Shown here: positions 1 to 11,969 of the stretch, piece after piece
Layout: the number at the start of each line of letters is the position of its first letter
How positions within the stretch are numbered: the first letter of the stretch is position 1
Assembly (NCBI RefSeq): GCF_006345805.1
Contig: NC_043004.1
Coordinates: 34,906,001-34,970,000, forward strand
DNA: 64,000 nt
Reading direction: 5' to 3'
Origin: Octopus sinensis
Taxonomy: Eukaryota
The notes under the pieces: model-generated
The model's input: the letters and a program-made list of their open reading frames with translations, nothing else
What the model was told of the DNA's origin: nothing
Database searches by the model: none
Program-made: the position numbers and the translations under genes

Positions 1-310
1 GCTTTATCAGGCATCAACTCAGTAATGATATTTATTATTATTTCATTTTATCTGAAGAATTCACTGCTACTGTATCTGACACCTCCTTCATCTTCCTTGA
101 TATCATTATCATTTCACTTCCAGCCAATTCCCATCATGCCAGGAAACACCAAATCCACTAACTTCTTGTATGAATTTCTCTGATATTTGAATTCATTGGC
201 TTTGCAACACTGACTCAAACTTCAAAGAAACATGCCAGTTTCTCAATCAAGGTTATTCTTTATTGTTGGCATATCTTGCCCAGCTCGGAGCTGAAAATGG
301 CACCCATACT

Positions 311-459
311 ATTATGTACATTATTTACATTTGACAGATATTTGTCCTCATTTTGTTTGTTGTTAACACAATGTTTCGACTGATATACCCTCCATCATTC
401 ATCAGGTGTCTTGGGGAAATTTCGAACCTGGGTTCTCATTCCTAAGGTATTTTCCGATG

Positions 460-495
<36 letters not shown>

Positions 496-525
496 TCACT
501 GCTTGGAATCGAACTCGGAATCTTG
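311..525 (-). mobile_element. tRNA-headed SINE-like element (head truncated) with (AAT)n spacer and hammerhead-like 3' tail
   Basis: Minus strand reads GAGTTCGATTCC (B-box), (AAT)n, then GACAC-CTGATGA...GAAAC-ATT-GTGTT. A homologous copy lies at 36503-36775 (+). Confidence 0.75.
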
Positions 526-2299
526 ATTAATAAAGATCTGCATTCTTCCATAGGAACCAAAATTATTTAGTCAGTAAAAGGCACAGACACTGGATATTCT
601 ATCAGCCCTAAATTTATTTAAATGGAATTAATTCTTGTCTTCACAAAATGGAATTTGTGAAGAATACTGAATGAATGCAGGTACATTCTACAGACAAACA
701 TCACCGACGTCTACTAGGAATTCAACTGTTCTAGTGAGACTTATTAATCTCACAAGGAAGCTATGTAATCATAGATTTTCTGCAAGTTATCATTTAATCA
801 AATTTTTCTTCATAAAACTAGATACAAAACAAGACACACCATTGAAGAATCAAAATGTTTTTGTATTCTTGAATAAGAGATCTAATTATAACAAATAATA
901 ATTTTGGTTGTCTTTTGGTAAAAAAAAAAAAAAGAAAAAAGTATAGCATATTTCTGAGAATCAAGAAAAACTGCGAGAGACAGATGCTACATTTGCCTAT
1001 TTTTTTCATAACAATTGCAAAGCTTGTGTAGAAAAATGTATAATAAGTGATTATTGGATTTGTTAGTTTATTTTTGTGTTGTTCTGCAACACTTTGCCTG
1101 AAACCTTATTGTATAGAACTCAAGAGGTGGCTCTTCTTTTGCACACTGTTAATAAATACACCTTAGGCTTAAAACAAATTGCATGAAGCAGAGTTTTGCA
1201 TGAAACAATATTTTCCTAAACTATGAAGAAATTATGCTCTTTTCCTTAGGCATTCATCATTTTTTCTGTCTTCACGCACCTACACAAGTAATTGAACAAA
1301 TTTAGCTCTTTTCCTCCAGTTTTTCTGAAATGATAATCTTTTCCTTATTTTATTTTTTTTTTCTAACACAATACATCATCCTAAGAACTATTTCTTATGT
1401 TTGATACAAGTATATTCCATTTTTTAACCTTCTCTCTTCAAGAGTTGTATTGGCCCACAGGAATAACTTGTTAGCAAGTCTCCTTTATACCATATTCCTT
1501 GTGTCATGTGATATTCTGGACAAGGCATTACACATCACCTACTTATCAAATAATGGAAGATTGGATTTCCAAAACTAAATGCAAACTAAAGAGCATTTTC
1601 ACGGTTTACATGAAGCTGAAGAAATGAATTAAATAATCCAATATTTGGTGAACTTGCAAGCAAACCCAATATTAATACTATCTCGATATTATACAAGTAT
1701 TGTAGCATTTCTACTTAACTGTGGAAATATATAAATATTATGTGTATATGTGTATTTGTTTTATATATGTGGTTGTGTGTGTGTGTGTAGTATAATATAT
1801 GGTTTCATAGAATCATATAGCTTTCACAGAAAGCTCCGCTGGCAAACTCAGCTAACAGACCACATAATAATCCAGTAGAGAAGTGCATAATGCAGAGTTC
1901 CATACAACTGAAATCCATGAAATGCAATTTTGATGAAATTATTTCATGAGGAGCAGATATAAACCATAAAAAGTCATAATGTATGAGAGGTGAATATATT
2001 CATTTAACCACATGACATCCTTAGGATTACAGCCATTTCACACCCTTTTTCATGCAATAATATTTCCATTGTATAAAAAGTTATGTTTACATGTCAGCAT
2101 TAATGTGCGTGCTATGCATTATACAATACAATTGTATATTCTCAAATCAATGCAGATGAAGAAAGCCAGCTCATCAGATCACCAGAACTTCATAGTTACA
2201 TCAATCATTCAGCTCTTATAGCTAAATCATGATAGATAATAACATCCATCTAGCCTGTGGTATGGATTGGGCATAAATGCATATATATGTATGTACTTT

Positions 2300-2550
2300 C
2301 CTTAAAGGTACCTTCTCAAGTCATGTCAACTCATAAGGGCCAGTTTCTTGGTTTCCAGGTCCTATAAATTCCCTACCTGGATGGGAAGCCCACCCCTCAC
2401 AGGATGATTCATTTCTGCCAACAGAGTGTACTGGAGCAACATGAAATGAAGTGTCTTGCTCAAGAACACAAGTCACCTGGTCCAAGATTTGAAACTACAA
2501 TCTTACAATCATGAGCCCAACACCCTAACCACTTAGCCACACACCTCCAC
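2300..2550 (-). mobile_element. degenerate tRNA-derived SINE (third family)
   Basis: Minus strand begins gtggctaagtggttagggtgttgggctcatgattgtaagattgtagtttc (tRNA-like head). A related copy lies at about 45180-45380. Confidence 0.6.
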
Positions 2551-3049
2551 ATATGTGTACAGATGTGTGTACAACTGGCTTCTTTCAATTTCCATTTACC
2601 AAATGCACTCTGTTGATTTTCGATGGCCTGGGGCTATAGTAGTAGACACATGTCCAAGGTCCCACACAGTAAGACTGAACCTAAAGCTACAAGGTAAATG
2701 CTTTTATCTCAGACTCATGTTTACCTGATGGAAAAGCAATTTTTTTAAAACTTGCACTGAAAACATGACTATGTTCTAAATTAATCTTTCTTTATTAACA
2801 TTTCCATACCAGACACTGTTTCTTTCAAACAATAAAGATCCAAAATTCAGCTTTATCCTCAATGTTTCTACCTATCTCCACCTCATCTTCAGGATGTGGA
2901 ATGTTTTTTATTTTCTTTCTTTCTTTTTTTAATCCTGAGTTGTCATTTAAATAAGGAGTGCACTTGTATTTATACTGATTTTTTTTCACCAGATCTTCAT
3001 CAATAGAATGCTTATCTTCTACGTCATATATTTCATACATGCATGTATA

Positions 3050-3122
3050 TAGTATGTGTGTATGTATGATATGTATGTATATTATATATCTTTATATATA
3101 TATGTGTGTGTGTGTGTGTATG

Positions 3123-3206
<84 letters not shown>

Positions 3207-3213
3207 ATATATA

Positions 3214-3262
<49 letters not shown>

Positions 3263-3345
3263 ATATATATGTGTGTGTGTGTAATATATATATATATATA
3301 TATAACACAGACATACATGCATGAATGCATACATACATGTATAAA
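3050..3345. repeat. compound (TA)n/(TG)n microsatellite
   Basis: Direct reading; it produces spurious Y/I/C/V-rich ORFs. Confidence 0.95.
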
Positions 3346-4385
3346 ATGATGACCTAAGATCAAAACAATCATTGGACCAACACACACATGTATGTGTGTG
3401 TGTGTGTGTAATATATGATAGCAGTTACTTTACAAAAAGCATTGAAAAATCATAAAAGAAATCATAAACTCAATTTGTCAAAGTTGCTAAATAAGAAAAG
3501 ACCCAAGGATAAGAAGAAAGAGAGCCATAAAATATTCTGATGAATTTATTGAAGAGAGGAAGTGTCTTCAAACTATAAACCTTTACACATTCTTCCTGCC
3601 ATAATTCTGGAGAGGTTTGTACTGTTAACATGTATTCTTTTGCAGTTAATAGCAAAACATCTAGATGTGCAGTTGCTGATTTTTAGCCTAAGGTCTCCTT
3701 AGATCAAGTAGATCTATGTTCCATAATATACTTGCTGTGACCCTCTTACATCATTCTATTCAGACATTGTGAATGTATGGCTGCATACAGTTTTTTGTAT
3801 TTAGAAAGTGATTTGAAAGTAATTTGGCAACTATTTCTAGCAATTTTAATGACTATACACAGGCTCTATTGTAGACAAATTATTTGTTTTTTAAAAGTGA
3901 AAATTTATAATAAGTACTAAGTAGGGCGCAATGAACTACTTTCATTTCACCTTTGAGTCAGGAGGGAATACAGGGGTCATGGTCCATTATAGGGCCTATG
4001 AGACTAATGGTGTTGATGGGGTGGGGGAAGATATCCTCAAACTGGAAATCTTGCTCAAATGCCTGTATCAGAGTGGACGTTGCTTAAGGCAGCCAAGGTG
4101 TCAGGGAGTAAAATTAAACTGGGCAATGGTTAAGCTTCTCGCCCAAGAAGCCATGGCAGGATTAGAACCCAGAATGCAGAGAATTAGAACAAATACTAGA
4201 CTGGGATCCAGTTGAATGTTCTGACTGTTCTGCCAGTCCACTGCCTTGCACTGAAGAACTACTCAGAATGAACTACATCCCATCCTCAAAGTCAAACAGC
4301 TTTCACTGAGCAAGGCACACTTGTCTTGGATTTGATTTTCTTTGTTCCTTTTTATTTTCATAGCTAATTTTTTTTTATAAAGAAA

Positions 4386-5135
4386 AAGCAACAGAAGCAA
4401 CATTAATCACTGAATGTCTTATTTATCTTCCACTTAAAAGTGGATGTAGTGTTAGAACACAAAATACGGCATTATTTACCACAAGAGGACTTCTCATATG
4501 GATTCGCAGTACACAAAAGCACTCATGTTAATACTGTTGACAATAACTGTCTGCTATGGATGCTGGAACTGCCAGATCATGTGATTCCACCCTTCTTTGA
4601 GCTTGTCAATGACAGACGTCCACACTGGAGACATAGCAGCAAATTACCCCCTCAATGGTAAATGGAATGTCAGTGTCTGTTCAGGCACTCATGTTGCAAA
4701 TACCTTGTGAGTTTATTTAATCATAATTAATGGCAACAGAAGCAGTATTAAAACCAAAAGGTGATATTTATCTTCCACTTAAAAGTAGATGTTATGTTAG
4801 AACAATGAATACTGTGTTATTTCCTATGAGAGAAATTCTTCTATAGACTTGTGCTGCATACAAGCTCTTGTGTTTATATAGTGGACAGGGAATAACCATT
4901 TGCCACAGCCACACCCTTTCTTGGGTTTGTCAATGACAGAGTTTCAGTGAAGACGTAGCAGTGAATTATCCCATCAACAATCAATAGAACATCAGAATCT
5001 CTTCAGGCAATGGTGTCACCTATGGGCTTGTGAGAAAATAATTAATAGCGACAGAAGCAGTTTAAATACCAAAATATAATATTAATCTCCTATTTAAAGG
5101 TAATGTTTTGTTCAAACACAAAATACTGCATTATT
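4386..5135. repeat. degenerate tandem repeat, about 2.3 copies of a 315-345 bp unit
   Basis: Blocks gc(a/g)acagaagca, atttatcttccacttaaaagt, ttgtcaatgacaga and ttcaggca recur with unit starts at about 4386, 4731 and 5046. Confidence 0.85.
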
Positions 5136-5144
5136 TACTATTTA

Positions 5145-5335
5145 CTATTTCTACTCTTCTCCTCTGGAAGCCATCTGCTCGCGATACCAGAGGGTGCACA
5201 CTCTCCTACCCTGATGTAATCTCTAGGGATAAAGGCATCCAGCAACAGGAACTCTCTAATGCTATGGTGGACTGTGAAGTCTGGCGTAACATAGTAAATT
5301 CCATTGTCTCGACCACGGTCAAACAAAGATTATGA
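5145..5335 (+). mobile_element. LINE (RTE-like) ORF2 C-terminal remnant
   Basis: Translation LLWKPSARDTRGCTLSYPDVISRDKGIQQQELSNAMVDCEVWRNIV resembles the LLLWEP..GR...Y.D.L.RDTG.....L..AM.DR..WR end of non-LTR ORF2. Confidence 0.55.
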
Positions 5336-6429
5336 TGCATTATTTACTTACTTAGTTGTACTTGTGACGGCATTCACCCATGGCGGTTTGAGCTGGTTTT
5401 TTCCGTTCTTAATGGCATCATGAACCATGGTCACTGGAGATAGCAAGCCATTTGCGGTTCCATCTGCGCAGACCGACCACCTGGTGTGAAGAGGACATTG
5501 TGAATCAGCTCACACTCTGGACACCAGGCTGCATTATTTAGCCTGAGAAAATCTCACATATTATTATCTCACATGGTGCATAAGAGCACCTGTGCTTACA
5601 TTTTTGCTGTCATTTGATCAGCCTAATGATACTACATTGTGCAGTGTGAGGCACTGGTTAGGATGGCTTCATTGCAGACAACTAAAGCAAAGGCATATTA
5701 CACAATGGGGTCCTAACTGCACAAAAATCAGATGGTCACAGATGGAATGTCTTTAATCAAAACTCGTCTCGGGATAAACAACAAAAGTTACTGATATGGG
5801 GAAGTGTGAAGTTAAATTATTTTTACCCAAATTTGAATGTTCACAATAAAAGACAGTTCATTTTTAAGCTTTTTCTTAAGATGAACTAAAAATATTTCAA
5901 CAGAAACCCGAACTCGTAGTTCAAGTGTAGCATTCCAGGTGTTTTATCACCGTGTTTCGTATCCATGAAAAAAGAAATCAAAAATCTATATTTAAGAAAT
6001 GTTCGAAAATAAATAGCTTTACTGGAAGTAAGAATTTGAACACAGTAAAGATACACATAGCAACTATTTATTGAAGTCTGTTGAGAAAAGTAAATGAATA
6101 AAAGTTGATTGATGAAGGTTTTGATAGTAAGTTGCCACAAGGCTAACAAATATGTGTTCATTTGTGTTGCTGTACAAGAATCATTTCTCCAGGGCATACA
6201 ATGACCAAGGATTTGACACTATCTTTGAAAATACTACCTAATACAAGCAGATATGTAATAAATATTTGCTGATATCTATTTAGGTAGGTATAGAAAGTTG
6301 GAAATGACATTAGAGGTCAACTGATACCACATACAAAATGTATTTAGTTTTGTGTTAGTCCTGCCACTTCAGACATCATGCTAACATAACAGATATATTT
6401 AGCATCTAACCATAATTCTCACTGATTAC

Positions 6430-6630
6430 ACACATACACACACACACATATATACATACACACACACATATATACATACACACACATATATACATACATA
6501 CACACACACATATATACATACATACACACACACATATATACATACACACACACATATATATATATACACACATACATGTGTGTGTGTGTTTGTGTATGTA
6601 TATAGATAGGAAAAGAGAGAGAGAGAGAAA
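6430..6630. repeat. (CA)/(TA)/(GA) compound microsatellite
   Basis: Direct reading. Confidence 0.95.
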
Positions 6631-7006
6631 TGAGGCATTCATAACTTTGCTAAAATGGCATAAATAATAGTGATGGAAGAAAATATTGTCATACTGTAAA
6701 CTGTATCAATAAATTGTATTTAGATGAAAATGATAAGCAAAAAAAAAAGCCAATAACAAAAAAGAAGAAGAAAAATGAAGGCAAAACCATAAAAAGGACA
6801 AAGAATATTATGTGCAGAATTTGGTTATAGCATTTTTGCTTTTCGTTTTGTTTCCCTTCAAACATCAGCCAAACAGTCTGCAAGATGGGCAAACATTAGA
6901 TCAGTCTACAGATTACTTGCTTTAATAAATAACTTAAGTCTGTGTAATAATTGTTTTATTTCGGTTCATTGTAAGAGAAGAATGGAAACAACAATTACCA
7001 AAAACA

Positions 7007-7023
7007 TAATAATGATAATAATG

Positions 7024-7067
<44 letters not shown>

Positions 7068-7090
7068 TAATAATAATAATAATAATAAGG

Positions 7091-7135
<45 letters not shown>
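7007..7135. repeat. (AAT)n microsatellite
   Basis: Direct reading. Confidence 0.95.
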
Positions 7136-7136
<1 letters not shown>

Positions 7137-7829
7137 TCAGATCTGATAGTAATTTCCTGATGACTATATATTTTCTTAGAATATAGTGTTAATAGAGTTT
7201 AGTCAATATCAACATCCTGTAGGTGGCAGCAGAGATGTCTGTTTTGATTGGCAGACACAATGTTGTCACACACCAAAAACAAAAAAAAAAAGAACTTCTG
7301 GTAGCTTCTGAACCATTACAACTGATATCAGCTTGATAAAAGAGAGGAGGCATGTTTGAAAATGTGTTCGTATTTGTTTGTTGTTTGTTGTTGTTGTTGT
7401 TGCTAAATTCTGTCATCCCAGCCGGCTTCTCCGCTCCCAGAGGTCAGCTGTGATCAAACAGATCAGCGATCCACTTGCTCCGGTCTTGATAACTTCCATC
7501 ATATTTTAACATGCATTTTTCAAAGAACACTTACGTTGTTATTGATTTGTTTTTTTGTTAATCCCGCCTCAACCCCCCAACAGGTAAGCTATGATCAAAC
7601 AGCTTTGTGATCAAAGTAATCCAGCCATGACAATCCCTACCTTATGTACAAACAATTTCTCCAAAACTACATTAACTCATATGGCCTTTTTTTACTTTAA
7701 AGATGGTAAAGTGTGGTTTTAAGGGAATTGGAGCTGCTATTTCTAGCAAATTGTGTAACTTTGTATAAGTTCTATCATTGTTTTTACCGCTACTGTAGAA
7801 GACTATATAAATATATTTGAAAGACATGA

Positions 7830-8030
7830 GGTGAGTGGTGGTGGTGGTGGTGGTGGTGGTGGTGGTGGTGAATGATGGTAGTGAAGAGGGGAGATGGTGA
7901 TGACAGAGATGATGATGATGATTACAACGATAGTAAAGACAAGGATGATGATGATAATGATGATGATGATGGTGGTTGTAGGAGTTGGTGATAGTGGTGA
8001 TGATGACTACAATGGTCATTGCATGATGAC
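7830..8030. repeat. (GGT)n/(GAT)n low-complexity tract
   Basis: Direct reading. Confidence 0.9.
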
Positions 8031-8213
8031 CTTCTCAACGCCTTCTAACTAATCAGCTGTCAGATACACGGGGTCATAATCTTGCTGGATACAAAAGTAG
8101 TATGTGTACTTCCTCATTGCACCTATTCAAATCAGGTTTGACACAATCAGTATGAAGTATATATACATACACACACATATATATATATATAAATGTATAT
8201 ATATCTACATATA

Positions 8214-8251
<38 letters not shown>

Positions 8252-8261
8252 ACGTGTCATT

Positions 8262-8666
8262 ACTCTCTTTTACTCTTTTATTTGTTTCAGTCATTTGACT
8301 GCAGCCATGCTGGAGCACCGCTTTTAGTCGAGCAAATCGACCCCAGGACTTATTCTTTGTAAGCCCAGTACATATTCTATTGGTCTCTTTTGCCGAACCG
8401 ATAAGTGACGGGGACGTAAACACACCAGCATTGGTTGTCAAGCAATGCTAGTGGGACAAACACAGACACACAAACACACATACATATATATATATACATA
8501 TATACGACAGGCTTCTTTCAGTTTCCATCTACCAAATCCACTCACAAGGCATTGGTTGGCCTGGGGCTATAGCAGAAGACCTTGCCCAAGGTGCCATGCA
8601 GTGGGATTGAACCCAGAACCATGTGGCTGGTAGGCAAGCTACTTACCACACAGCCACTCCTGCGCC
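8262..8666 (-). mobile_element. full-length tRNA-derived SINE (dominant family)
   Basis: Minus strand runs from head gcaggagtggctgtgtggtaagtagcttgcc...ggttctgggttcaatccc through an internal microsatellite to an (aaagagt)-type tail. Matching copies lie at 14371, 28052 and 49528. Confidence 0.9.
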
Positions 8667-8984
8667 TTATTATTCTAATAAATATATACATTTCTATTAT
8701 TATTTTGCAATTTACTTCATGTTTGGTTTATTATTGTTATTTTAATTTTAATATTTCTATTATATGTAATTTTCTAGATGGTATAATTTAATTGTTCGAA
8801 TTGATAAATTCGAATTTTCTAATTTTTATATATATATATATATATATTATATTTTGTGAAATTTGATTTAGTATTTCTAAATGGAATTTTTCCCTGTAAG
8901 TTAGGAATAATATTCCCTCAAATAATTATTATACATATATGTACGTATATATATATATTAATTACAGTGGGGGTAGGCCAGTTT

Positions 8985-9042
8985 ATGGGGTTACATTGGG
9001 TTTCTCATTCATAAGGAGCCTTATGGCATATCTTCAGACCTG
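8985..9042 (-). ncRNA. degenerate type I hammerhead ribozyme motif (minus arm of inverted pair)
   Basis: Minus strand reads CTGAAGA-tatgccataagg-ct-ccttatg-aatga-GAAA-cccaat-GTA-acccc. Stems I and III are partly broken. Confidence 0.45.
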
Positions 9043-9176
9043 AAACATTACTGGCCCAAGACCTCTTTAAAATATGGAGGAGGGATGGGGGGAAGCCTTG
9101 TTTTTAAGGATAAAACTTTAGGTGATTATCTCCCTTTGCCATTCCCCACTCCATATTTTAAAGAGGGCCAGCAGTG

Positions 9177-9243
9177 TTTGGGGTCTGAAGATATGCCATA
9201 AGGCTAAACCCCTTATGAGCGAGAAACCCAGGGTAACCCCAAA
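9177..9243 (+). ncRNA. type I hammerhead ribozyme candidate
   Basis: Stem I TTTGGGGT(9177-9184)/ACCCCAAA(9236-9243); CTGAAGA 9185-9191; distal stem II CATAAGG/CCTTATG; GAAA 9223-9226; stem III ACCC-A-GGGT; predicted GUA cleavage after 9235. The base of stem II is imperfect. Confidence 0.65.
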
Positions 9244-9325
9244 AACCAGCCTGCCCCACTATAATACTAACTGGCCTACATTTTAGAGTGTGTTTCTCCT
9301 CCGGATTTATGTATTTCTGCAAACG

Positions 9326-9385
<60 letters not shown>

Positions 9386-9512
9386 TATATACATATATAA
9401 AAACATATATACATATATATATATACATATATATATACAATATATATATACACATATATAAATATATACATACATATATATATATATACATATATATACA
9501 TATATATATACA

Positions 9513-9578
<66 letters not shown>

Positions 9579-9595
9579 GTATATGTATATACATA
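9326..9595. repeat. (TA)n-rich microsatellite
   Basis: Direct reading. Confidence 0.95.
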
Positions 9596-9596
9596 A

Positions 9597-9940
9597 AGGC
9601 AAAGAAGAAAATTGAGTGGATAATCTATCAACAAACATCAGCCTGTAAACATTCATTTGGATCTATTTATTAATTAATTAGAATCATATTATAAGTAATC
9701 AAAATAAATAAACAAGTAAATGAATAAAAATAGATAAATGAAAAAGAATAAATGGGTCATTTATTTATTTTTATTTATCTTTATTTCTCTATTTATTTAC
9801 TTGTTTATTTGCTTATTTCATTTGTTTATTTTGACCATTTTTACATAGGATTGTAATCAATTAATAAATAGATCCAAATGAATGTTTACAGGCTGATATT
9901 TGTCAATTGATTACTCTCTCCATTTTTTTTATTTGCCCAA
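9597..9940. repeat. foldback inverted repeat
   Basis: Perfect 39-bp arms at 9637-9675 and 9859-9897, with imperfect complementarity inside and outside. Confidence 0.9.
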
Positions 9941-9997
9941 TAAATTCTGGGTAAAATTCTGCTTTACCCCCACTCATACCTATTATTCAATTGCTCT

Positions 9998-10222
9998 GAG
10001 CTGGCAGAAACGTTAGCGCGCCGGATGAAATGCTTAGTGGTATTTCGTCTGTCGCAACATTGTGGGTTCAAATTCCGCCCAGGTCAACTTTGACTTTCAT
10101 CTTTTCGGGATCGATTAAATAAGTGCCAGTTACGCACTGGGGTCGATATAATCGACTTAATCCATTTTTCTGTCCTTGTTTGTCCTCTCTGTGTTTAGCC
10201 CCTTGTGGGTAGTAAAGAAATA
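9998..10222 (+). mobile_element. tRNA-derived SINE (second family)
   Basis: Head gagctggcagaaacgttagc...gggttcaaattcc. Degenerate minus copies lie at about 18478-18660, 46525-46730 and 56925-57130. Confidence 0.75.
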
Positions 10223-10377
10223 TATTCAATTGCTCTACTGCCCTCCAACAGTAAGTACTTGGATATAAGCATATAGGTGTACAAACAGAGGTATATTGGA
10301 TATTTATTATCCCTTAGATGATTGTTTAATAACCTCAAACTCATATATATATATATATATACATACATATATATATG

Positions 10378-10418
<41 letters not shown>

Positions 10419-11178
10419 TCATCATCATCATCATCGTTTAACGTCCGTTTTCCATGCTAGCATGGGTTATATAACGAAATTTTTTTGCAATGCCAAATTT
10501 TAGTTTAATGGTTAAAATTTCAATATGTTACGTTATAATACACAGTTCTACTTATCAGTCCTAAAATTATTATTTACATTTTGATTTAAAGATATGGAAT
10601 TCTTGTAACAATAAAATTGTAGTTAATTTTTAACATGGCTTTAGTATAATTTTAGTCTAGTATAATTTTAATTCTGAATTTGTAAATTATAAATTTTATA
10701 TTATAAGTTTAATTTTTAGTTTATCATATAAAATTCAATTTAACTGACATAAATAAGATAATTAACGTTTTTACTTTTCATTAAAAACCAGTAAACTCTA
10801 TCTGATTACTTATTTATCTAAATAAATTAACCACAGAAATTCATTTTTTTCCTTCATATATATATTTTTTGCTATTTTTCCTATTTTTTATATTTGAAGC
10901 AGTTTTATGATTATCTCCCCTACTCTGGGTAGAGGATAATATTTTTATTTAGTACTGGTATTCAATAAATAAGAATTATCTCCCCTACATGGGAAATCAT
11001 ATCAATAGAGGACATAATTTCAGTAGCCATCTTTAATTTGCAGCGTTGACTGATGCTCATCAAAAAAGTAAGTCATGCTCATACTTTTCTTTAATATTGT
11101 TAAATCTTATCAATTATTTATAAAGTATAGTGTAATTATAACGTCTCCATCTATGTTGTAAATATATTTTATCATATT

Positions 11179-11285
11179 GAGACCTGAAGAGTGGCTACGT
11201 ATCATTGGATCAAAGAAATATTAATTTTTGATTATTGATTTTGATATTGTAGATTTGTATACATAGTCACAAAACGTGCGTCATT
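11179..11285 (+). ncRNA. degenerate hammerhead-like motif with long stem II insertion
   Basis: CTGAAGA 11184-11190; stem II GTGGCTACGTAT/ATACATAGTCAC; AAAAC (GAAAC with CpG decay); GTGC-GTC. No stem I found. Confidence 0.35.
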
Positions 11286-11620
11286 GTTTTAATGTGTATT
11301 TTTTTAATGAATATTATTTAGTATAGAAATTTTTAGCACAATATTAATAATAAAGTCGTTTTAATGTGTATTTTTTTTACTCTTTATTATTTAGTGTAAA
11401 AATGTAAGATGTTAATAATATATACAAACTTATATAATATCTTTCAGTATTAATTGAATTACCATATGGAGGTTCTATCTCTTAATTCTCTCTCTATATA
11501 TATATATAATATATATATATAATATATATATATATACATTCATATATATATAGACATATACATACATACATACATGTATATATATATATATGGGGAAAGT
11601 AAGAAGAAAAAGAAAGTATG

Positions 11621-11850
11621 AATGCACAATGGATATTAAAAAAAGGCCTTTTTATGAAAAGCAGCGATAAATAAATACAATTAGATGATTTGAGATAAAA
11701 TTAAGAGGAATTAAATTCATTATTTTGAATCTCTTTTCCATTTCAAAATAATGAATTTAATTCCTCTTAATTCTACCTCGGTTCATCTAATTGTATTTAT
11801 TTATCGCTACTTTTCATAAAAATGCCTTTTTTTTATATCCAATGTGCATT
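11621..11850. repeat. long imperfect palindrome (about 109-bp arms, 12-nt loop)
   Basis: Arms at 11621-11729 and 11742-11850; the inner ~31 bp are perfect. Confidence 0.92.
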
Positions 11851-11927
11851 TTTGCTTTTTTCTTCTTATTTTCTCTCTATCTTTTCCACGTGTAATTTCT
11901 ATTTTCTTATTGAAACATATATTCTAT

Positions 11928-11965
<38 letters not shown>

Positions 11966-11969
11966 ATAT

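Noticed and set aside
2825-3040. 71-aa charged ORF (DVEDKHSIDEDLVKKNQY...) on the minus strand
   Set aside because: No recognisable domain, no convincing splice pair, and its start lies in a microsatellite edge.
3033-3387. Many overlapping Y/I/C/V/H/T-rich ORFs (also at 9158-9656, 21968-22377, 23219-23854, 47419-48129, 48650-49278)
   Set aside because: They are translations of microsatellites that lack stop codons, not genes.
5939-6027. AG/GT-bounded open frame CFITVFRIHEKRNQKSIFKKCSKINSFTG
   Set aside because: Weak acceptor, no homology recognised and no compatible neighbouring exon.
10470-11110. Extremely AT-rich stretch suggestive of a mitochondrial insertion (NUMT)
   Set aside because: No mitochondrial rRNA, tRNA or protein motif could be identified, and it shares the attatctccc motif with neighbouring repeat modules.
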